A DNA stretch of 64,000 nt from Candidatus Nomurabacteria bacterium. GTDB taxonomy: Bacteria; Patescibacteriota; Minisyncoccia; Phycocordibacterales; UBA9973. The DNA is taken from positions 10,841 through 74,840 of the forward strand of contig JAHFNT010000003.1 of NCBI GenBank assembly GCA_023267195.1. Reading direction: 5' to 3'. A program made the translations under genes and the position numbers. Below are positions 58,126 to 64,000 of the stretch, one piece after another (the stretch's first letter is position 1; each line of letters starts with the position of its first letter). The notes under the pieces are model-generated. The model saw nothing but the letters and a program-made list of their open reading frames with translations. It was not told the DNA's origin and searched no databases.

Positions 58126-59664
58126 TTATTTCTTTACCCCGTGTTTTTGGTGCAATTTAGCAACCTCATCTTCTTCTAGTTCTTCTTTTTTTTCTTTTCC
58201 TCTATCCCCTAACGTTTTCAATTCCGCATCGCCGAGCATATTTAGAGATTTTGTAAGTTCAGACAAATGTTCCACAGTATTTTTCTCCGGCGCATCGAGC
58301 ACTTCTTCGAGCAACGCATTCAAAATCCATCCCATGCGAGGCCCAGGGGCAATTCCCAATTCTTTTATCATAAACTCTCCATTAATTTTTAACTGCCCGA
58401 CAGAAATCGGATCTCGAAGTGCTTCTTCAATCATGGCAAAATACTTGCGCAAGCGATATGGCGCTTCCTTTTTCTTCATCCCCGCTCGGTCACACGCGCG
58501 GATATCCATGAGAAGCCAAATATTTTCCTTTCCGACTTTGGCAATAATTCTCCGTACTGCGGAGAGAGTAATTTTTTCTGTATCAGAAAAAAACATATGA
58601 TTACGCACCAGACTTTCTACTAAATTAATTTCTTTACTTGGAAATTTCAATCGCTCCATTATTTTTCTTGACATTCTTGCGCCGACCACTTCATGCCCAT
58701 AAAAGGTATACATTTTCTTGGCAGGATTGGTGCCGACCCTGCGAGTTTTGGGTTTTCCAATATCATGGAAAAGCGCTGCCAACCTTATTTCTGTTGGCCA
58801 ATCTTTATCTGCCGCATATTGCATAGCTAGAAGCGCATGATTCCAAACATCATAAAAATGCTCGCCGGACTGATCACACCCTATCCCCTCTTCGAGCTCT
58901 GGAATTATGTTTTTAAGCAAGCCAAATTTTTGCAACATCATAATTCCACTTGCGGGATTTTTAGAAGAAATTATTTTTACTAATTCATCATGAATTCTTT
59001 CTGCAGAAATTTTTTTTATTAATTCAGAATTTTTTAAAATACTTTCTGTTGTTTCATACGACACAGAAAAATTTAATTGGCAAGCAAAACGTATTGCCCG
59101 CAACATCCGCAAGGCATCTTCCTTAAATCTATCATTTGGATCCCCAACTGATCTGAGTGTTTTGTTTTTAATGTCCTTTATACCTTCAAACAAATCTACC
59201 AGCTGTCCTTTAGGACTTAAGGCGAGCGCATTGACTGTGAAATCACGTCTTTTAAGATCATCTTCGAGTTTAGAACTGAATTTAACCTCATCGGGATGTC
59301 TAAAATCACTATATTTTGCCTCAGTTCTATAGGGAGTCACCTCAACTTGTATATATTTTGTTTCTTGTGAAACCTCTCCTTCTTGTGTTTCACATGGAAC
59401 CATCACTGCCACAGTCCCAAAGGTATTCTCATAAACTGTTTTTTCAAACATAGCAATGATTTCTTCAGGTTTAGCATTGGTTGTAATATCCCAATCTTTT
59501 GGTTCCCTCTCTCCTTCGGCTTTGCTCAGGATCTGCGACATTAAAAGATCTCGCACACATCCCCCGACTAAATACGCTTCAAAACCAGCTTTTTCTAGGG
59601 TGTTAGTTACATGTGAAACTTCTTTGGGTATTTTTTGTATTAAATTTTGAGTATATTGTTCCAC
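58126..59664 (-). CDS. cca: CCA tRNA nucleotidyltransferase / poly(A) polymerase family with C-terminal HD domain
   Basis: 512 aa; LVGGCVRDLL head motif, DxD region, HD motif LAALFHDIGKP. Confidence 0.85.
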   Translation of the reverse strand: MEQYTQNLIQKIPKEVSHVTNTLEKAGFEAYLVGGCVRDLLMSQILSKAEGEREPKDWDITTNAKPEEIIAMFEKTVYENTFGTVAVMVPCETQEGEVSQETKYIQVEVTPYRTEAKYSDFRHPDEVKFSSKLEDDLKRRDFTVNALALSPKGQLVDLFEGIKDIKNKTLRSVGDPNDRFKEDALRMLRAIRFACQLNFSVSYETTESILKNSELIKKISAERIHDELVKIISSKNPASGIMMLQKFGLLKNIIPELEEGIGCDQSGEHFYDVWNHALLAMQYAADKDWPTEIRLAALFHDIGKPKTRRVGTNPAKKMYTFYGHEVVGARMSRKIMERLKFPSKEINLVESLVRNHMFFSDTEKITLSAVRRIIAKVGKENIWLLMDIRACDRAGMKKKEAPYRLRKYFAMIEEALRDPISVGQLKINGEFMIKELGIAPGPRMGWILNALLEEVLDAPEKNTVEHLSELTKSLNMLGDAELKTLGDRGKEKKEELEEDEVAKLHQKHGVKK

Positions 59665-59675
59665 CTTGGAATCTG

Positions 59676-59746
59676 TGCGGCCAGAGAGAATCGAACTCTC
59701 GTCTCATCCTTGGCAAGGACGTGTTCTACCACTAAACCATGACCGC
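59676..59746 (-). tRNA. tRNA-Gly (anticodon GCC)
   Basis: manual cloverleaf fold of reverse strand: acceptor GCGGTCA/TGGCCGC, anticodon loop TTGCCAA, T-arm GAGAG-TTCGATT-CTCTC, discriminator A, no encoded CCA. Confidence 0.8.
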
Positions 59747-59875
59747 TAATTAAATTATTAATATTTTAACCAGTAAATTATAGTATTTTATTTACTATAA
59801 TGCAATTATATTTTTTAAGCTTGTAAAATATGAATATTTTGATTATTTTATAAATAATGTATAATTAACTAGATT

Positions 59876-59947
59876 GCACCCGTAGTGAAATGGATATCAC
59901 AACAGTCTTCGGAACTGTCGTTGGGGGTTCGAGTCCCTCCGGGTGCA
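59876..59947 (+). tRNA. tRNA-Arg (anticodon TCG)
   Basis: acceptor GCACCCG/CGGGTGC, anticodon stem ACAGT/ACTGT with loop CTTCGGA, T-arm GGGGG-TTCGAGT-CCCTC. Confidence 0.75.
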
Positions 59948-59981
59948 CACCAAAAAGCAATTTAAAGAATAAATTATTTGT

Positions 59982-60016
59982 CCTTTACTTAAAGCTTTGT
60001 CAGTAAAGGGTTTTAT
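59982..60016 (+). terminator. rho-independent terminator after tRNA-Arg
   Basis: CCTTTACT-TAAAGCTTTGTC-AGTAAAGG followed by GTTTTATT. Confidence 0.5.
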
Positions 60017-60214
60017 TAACTTATGTGGATAACTATGTTAGTAATGTTTATAAAGGACATATTTAAAAATTGTTTTTTAATGCCATTTTTAACTAAAATA
60101 CATTGTTAAATAAAGATATTTTGATAAAAGACACAAAAAATTTCTATTTTGTTTCATGTGAAACATGTTTCTTGTGAAACATCAGAATTACTTGCAAAAT
60201 AAGGATAGAATAGA

Positions 60215-60625
60215 ATGCCAAAAATATTTACATCAAAAAGCCAAAAAATAGGGGAAATTGGGGAAAATATAGCTGTAAAGTTTCTCATGAAACATAATTT
60301 CATTATAAAAGGCAGAAATTATACTAAAAAATGGGGAGAAATAGATATAATTGCTGAAAAGGCCAATAAATTATATTTTATTGAGGTAAAAAGTGTTTCT
60401 CGTGTAACATTAATTAATGTTACTCATGAAACTCTTGATCTTTATCACCCTGAAGACAATATGCATCCATGGAAATTGAAAAGATTATCACGGACAATTC
60501 AAACGTATCTTTTATCCCAAAAAATAGACGGCGATAAAGAATGGCAGGTAGATTTATTGGTTGTATTTCTTGACATAAACAACAAAAAGGCAAGGATAAA
60601 AGTAGTCAGTGGTATTATTTTGTGA
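60215..60625 (+). CDS. yraN: YraN-family (UPF0102) PD-(D/E)xK endonuclease
   Basis: 136 aa; GEIDIIA ... FIEVKS signature of UPF0102. Confidence 0.7.
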   Translation: MPKIFTSKSQKIGEIGENIAVKFLMKHNFIIKGRNYTKKWGEIDIIAEKANKLYFIEVKSVSRVTLINVTHETLDLYHPEDNMHPWKLKRLSRTIQTYLLSQKIDGDKEWQVDLLVVFLDINNKKARIKVVSGIIL

Positions 60626-60708
60626 CTCTTCGCTCTGAGGCTCAGCTCGAAGAGGTCATGGTGGAAAAAATTAAATCATGATATACTCTTTTTGTTTTAA
60701 ATCGCAAA

Positions 60709-60779
60709 CGGGCCGTAGTATATCGGTTGTACAAGTGCTTTGGGAGCATTTAGGCTGGGTTCGACTCCCAGCGGCCCGA
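60709..60779 (+). tRNA. tRNA-Pro (anticodon TGG)
   Basis: acceptor CGGGCCG/CGGCCCG, D-arm GTAT-ATCGGTT-GTAC, anticodon loop TTTGGGA, T-arm CTGGG-TTCGACT-CCCAG. Confidence 0.8.
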
Positions 60780-60828
60780 CCCTTCGACAAGCTCAGGGTC
60801 TTCGACCAGGAGCACAATTAAATAATTT

Positions 60829-60899
60829 GCGGGATTAGTTTAATGGTAAAACGTCAGTTTTCCAAACTGAGGTTGGGAGTTCGATTCTCCCATCCCGCA
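60829..60899 (+). tRNA. tRNA-Gly (anticodon TCC)
   Basis: acceptor GCGGGAT/ATCCCGC, anticodon stem TCAGT/ACTGA loop TTTCCAA, T-arm GGGAG-TTCGATT-CTCCC. Confidence 0.8.
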
Positions 60900-60959
60900 C
60901 ACTAAAATGTTTGACTAAAATTTCAATAGTTGTAGTGTTAAAGATGGAAGGAGAACACT

Positions 60960-61082
60960 ATGACCAACTTGGTGGCTACGACTACCAAGGTGGTGGTCGT
61001 GGTTATGTTTAGAGTCGTTCTCTTCGCGGTGCTTGGAAGCATCGCGATCTGGAACGCGGCAACGGCTCCCTCGGGCCGTTAA
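60960..61082 (+). CDS. 40-aa hydrophobic micro-protein in a GC-rich mini-cassette, hypothetical
   Basis: MTNLVATTTKVVVVVMFRVVLFAVLGSIAIWNAATAPSGR; SD GGAAGGAG 6 nt upstream; followed by perfect terminator; local GC far above background. Confidence 0.35.
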   Translation: MTNLVATTTKVVVVVMFRVVLFAVLGSIAIWNAATAPSGR

Positions 61083-61105
61083 CTGCACCGTGCCTGCGCA
61101 TCGTA

Positions 61106-61148
61106 GGGCGGGTCGTCGAGGCAACTCGACGACCCGCCCTTTCAAATT
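61106..61148 (+). terminator. perfect GC-rich rho-independent terminator
   Basis: GGGCGGGTCGTCGAG-GCAA-CTCGACGACCCGCCC followed by TTTCAAATTT. Confidence 0.7.
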
Positions 61149-61199
61149 TAAAAAAGTTTTTGCAAATAAATCTTATTTAGTATACGATAAACGCATCTT

Positions 61200-61949
61200 A
61201 TGATAACAACTTATATATATTCTTTCCTTGGAGTTTTGATAGTAAGTTTGGTTTCTTTTGTTGGGTTATTATCGCTTTCGATTAAAGAAGAATTCTTAAA
61301 AAAATATATTTTTATTTTTATTTCTCTCGCTGTTGGAGCGCTTTTGGGAGATGCTTTCATTCATCTTATACCAGGTGCTTTTGAAAGTTCTACAAATAGT
61401 ATGCTGATAAGTATTTTAATAATTGTTGGGGTTTTGATATTTTTTGTTTTGGAAAAGTTCTTGCATTGGCATCACCATGGAGAAGACACTGCGGAGCCCA
61501 ACATACACCCAATGGGAAAGCTAATTCTCTTTTCTGACGGAGTTCATAATTTCATAGACGGCATCATCATAGGGGCAAGTTTCCTAGTGAGCATACCGGT
61601 TGGAATAGCCACCACCATAGCTGTTGTTCTTCATGAAATACCCCAAGAAATAGGGGATTTTGCGGTATTACTGCATTCTGGATATGCCAAATCGCGCGCG
61701 CTCTGGCTCAACTTTTTGTCGGCACTTTCAGCTTTTCTTGGATTATTGATAGCCTTAGCATTTGGAGGCACAGGAGAAACATTTACTTTCTGGATTCTGC
61801 CAATCGCAGCCGGAGGATTTATTTATATTGCTGTCGCTGATTTGATACCCGAACTTCATAAAACAAAAAAAATACAGCATTCTGTATTTCAAATTTTCGC
61901 AGTCATCGTCGGAATTCTTGCTATGATTGCGCTAGCCTATTTAGAATAA
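61200..61949 (+). CDS. zupT: ZIP-family zinc transporter
   Basis: 249 aa; 8 TM; HEIPQEIGDFAVLL and HNFIDGIIIG signature motifs. Confidence 0.85.
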   Translation: MITTYIYSFLGVLIVSLVSFVGLLSLSIKEEFLKKYIFIFISLAVGALLGDAFIHLIPGAFESSTNSMLISILIIVGVLIFFVLEKFLHWHHHGEDTAEPNIHPMGKLILFSDGVHNFIDGIIIGASFLVSIPVGIATTIAVVLHEIPQEIGDFAVLLHSGYAKSRALWLNFLSALSAFLGLLIALAFGGTGETFTFWILPIAAGGFIYIAVADLIPELHKTKKIQHSVFQIFAVIVGILAMIALAYLE

Positions 61950-61961
61950 AATTTCTTAAAT

Positions 61962-63101
61962 TTAATTTGCCCAAGACCAATCTGCTCCCGGATTTCTGGC
62001 ATTGAATACTTCAAAATGAACGTGTGGACCAGTTGAGCGTCCAGTGGAGCCGACTAGCCCAACAACTTCACCTCGAGCGACTGAGGCCCCGGTATGCGTG
62101 ATTACCTTAGACATATGAGCATAAAGAGTTTTGGTACCGTTTGGGTGTTCAATAATTACCATATTGCCGTAACCTCCACCACATCTTGGTTTTCCAACGG
62201 TACAACCTGTCTTAACGATAGTTACTATTCCGGGAGCGGACGCATAAAGATTTGTGCCGGTCGGCGCTCCTATATCTATGCCTCGATGACCTGGACCATG
62301 TAATCCCTGAGTTTTGTGCCCTGTAGGCAATGGATTTATAAAATAGCCCAAAATATTTTGGATCGGATTAAGCGCGTAGTAATTTTTATCTTTAGTTTGA
62401 ACTGTTCCAAGATTTGCTGCCGGCTTGTCACCCCCTTCATCAAACATTTCTCCGTCTGGAATAAGAAGCTTATCACCTACAGCAAGTTTCGCATCTTGAG
62501 TAATATCGTTGTAAAGAATAATATCGTTCACATCTGCTTTATAAAGCTTCGCTATGCTTTGCAGGGTTTGTCCTTTAGCTACAGTGTGCTCAACACCAGA
62601 GACAGGCAGAATGAAAAGGACATCGCCCTCCTTGAGCTTATCGCCCTTCTTCATATCATTCGCCCACAGAATAGTATTGACCGAAATGCCAAAGATGTCC
62701 GCTATTTGAGAAACTGAATCGCCCTTTCTGACCACATAAACGCTTATCGTCTGATCTGATGAAGAATTTACATCTGGACCACCCTCAGAAACACCCAATG
62801 GGCCAGTCGCAGGCAAAAGAGAGTTTTCGGAAATAATATTAATATTTTGATTGGCATCTATGCTGTCTTTTTTACTATCTTTAGTATCTTTTTCTTTTAA
62901 AATCGAGGAGGAAGAAACATTCGCTTCCAAAAGCGCAATATTTTGGGAATTATCGCCGGGAAGTGGAGGTTTTATAATATTTACATTCGTTTCTTCTTCA
63001 GCATAGGCCTGATCTCCAGCGCCAAAAAGAGAAGAAAAGAACCCTGCTTGAACAGAGCGTGCTGGCACAAAAAGAACCCCAAATAGAAGGGAATATGACA
63101 A
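61962..63101 (-). CDS. M23-family peptidoglycan DD-endopeptidase with two LysM domains
   Basis: 379 aa; signal peptide; LysM x2 (YVVRKGDSVSQIADIFG, HTVAKGQTLQSIAKLYK); M23 motifs HRGIDIGAPTGT and GSTGRSTGPHVHFEV. Confidence 0.85.
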   Translation of the reverse strand: MSYSLLFGVLFVPARSVQAGFFSSLFGAGDQAYAEEETNVNIIKPPLPGDNSQNIALLEANVSSSSILKEKDTKDSKKDSIDANQNINIISENSLLPATGPLGVSEGGPDVNSSSDQTISVYVVRKGDSVSQIADIFGISVNTILWANDMKKGDKLKEGDVLFILPVSGVEHTVAKGQTLQSIAKLYKADVNDIILYNDITQDAKLAVGDKLLIPDGEMFDEGGDKPAANLGTVQTKDKNYYALNPIQNILGYFINPLPTGHKTQGLHGPGHRGIDIGAPTGTNLYASAPGIVTIVKTGCTVGKPRCGGGYGNMVIIEHPNGTKTLYAHMSKVITHTGASVARGEVVGLVGSTGRSTGPHVHFEVFNARNPGADWSWAN

Positions 63102-63470
63102 GATAGATCTTAATATTTTTATTTTAGATTTTATAAAACAAACTAAATGTCGCGAGATTTCCTTTCCAACCCCAATTTAGACTAATGAAAATAAGGGTAG
63201 AATCACAGGACGACCAATAGGTTCTGCAAACAAAGGTTCTCACGATGGTTACTGTCGTTTCTGGTCTTTCGGTCAGCTCATACCCAACTCCCATTCGGAA
63301 CTACAATTGCAATGATAGCTCAAAAAGGGTCAAAAGTCAATCTGGCAAGGTTTAGCTGTGGATAAGTATTTTTGGTCAAAATTTGACAAAGTTGGGTAAA
63401 AATATGCCTAATTATAAAGGACATGGGATTGAAAATTAGACGAGAATTTTAAAGGGTATATAATACTACC

Positions 63471-64000
63471 ATGAAAGAAGAACTAGGAACCATTAGCATT
63501 CAAAAATTTAGTACTAGCACTGTCGAGCAAATTAATTTAGAATTGGAAAAACTTCTCTTGTCCGCAGACGACAATGATACAGAATATAAAAATAGGGCAA
63601 TTAGTCAGTTGAGAAGCAACCCCCTGGCTTTTTTTGAGGATAAATTAAGAACCGAAAGAAAATCACTGGAACTTCTGAAGGATAAAGACTATGGGACACC
63701 AAAACAAATAGCAAACTCTGAAAAAGGTATTGAAATTACCGAAGAAGTTATTGCTGACATTAAAGAATTAAAGGAAAAGGTATTATCCGCACAAAATTTA
63801 GAAGAATTTTTTAGTGCTATTCGTTTGGTTGAATTTATTCCATCATCAAAAGGAGAAATACCATCTGTTTATATCGTTAATACAATAAAAGAGATAAAAC
63901 AGACAATAGCTGAATCGCCTATTAAATCCAAAAAGGACCTCGCGCGTCTTTTGGGCCGTAGACGCATAACTAATAATTTCGGAATTCGGGATAAAGCAGT
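63471..64000 (+). CDS. hypothetical protein, 3'-truncated by window edge
   Basis: open from ATG at 63471 to window end (at least 176 codons), not in ORF track because no stop; preceded by TATAAT-like box. Confidence 0.4.
   Translation, partial: MKEELGTISIQKFSTSTVEQINLELEKLLLSADDNDTEYKNRAISQLRSNPLAFFEDKLRTERKSLELLKDKDYGTPKQIANSEKGIEITEEVIADIKELKEKVLSAQNLEEFFSAIRLVEFIPSSKGEIPSVYIVNTIKEIKQTIAESPIKSKKDLARLLGRRRITNNFGIRDKA

Noticed and set aside
60915-61145. 76-aa minus-strand ORF overlapping the GC-rich mini-cassette
   Set aside because: It starts inside the terminator hairpin, has a Arg/His-rich low-complexity translation, and has no SD. The plus-strand 40-aa peptide with SD and terminator is more plausible.
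9395-63366. Possible oriC inferred from perfect DnaA boxes
   Set aside because: The boxes are dispersed singly over 54 kb, and no dnaA/dnaN, AT-rich DUE or box cluster is present.
1-64000. CRISPR arrays, rRNA genes, IS/transposase genes
   Set aside because: No direct-repeat/spacer periodicity, no rRNA-like conserved blocks, and no transposase or integrase-like ORFs other than the chromosomal XerC/D-type recombinase were seen.

Overview
This 64-kb window is AT-rich (roughly 35-40% GC) and densely coded. It looks like a compact bacterial chromosome, possibly CPR/Patescibacteria-like; that guess rests on the small genome style, huge surface proteins, type IV pilus genes and a trigger factor without a PPIase domain, and is low confidence. 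The core genes I can support run, in order, as follows: pilC-pilB downstream of a 2,080-aa repetitive surface adhesin; nusA; an H+-pyrophosphatase; trigger factor; the pyrimidine operon pyrC-carA-carB-pyrB; clpP; a membrane-anchored double-AAA+ Clp ATPase; RNase Y; HU; comM plus a dksA-like gene; ahcY; PNPase, a NYN-domain gene and rpsO; xerC/D and xth; murI; a CCA-adding enzyme; four tRNAs (Gly-GCC, Arg-TCG, Pro-TGG, Gly-TCC); yraN; zupT; and an M23/LysM peptidase. The accessory content is as follows. (1) A LexA-headed operon in which lexA is translationally coupled to a HEPN-like (Rx4H) protein and followed by a Type II restriction-modification pair, all behind a near-consensus promoter whose spacer holds a perfect Cheo-type LexA box, GTGAAC-N4-GTTCAC. 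(2) A 2,010-aa SpvB/FG-GAP/RHS (Tc-toxin BC-fusion-like) polymorphic toxin. Its C-terminal domain carries LAS/M15-like zinc-peptidase motifs. It is followed by a membrane-anchored candidate immunity protein, a decayed gene fragment and a genuine SET-domain protein. (3) Three to four short GC-rich (~55-62%) cassettes in the AT-rich background. Each encodes a small exported or membrane protein with a strong AAGGAGG ribosome-binding site and a GC-rich hairpin terminator; one also has an upstream 16-bp inverted-repeat operator. (4) A family of short G/C-rich palindromic repeats, each a hairpin followed by a G-tract tail (TTGGGGGTAAGGTTAAG-like). One copy lies in frame inside carB, one overlaps the rpsO stop codon, and one sits upstream of nusA. 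No rRNA, CRISPR array or transposase was found.
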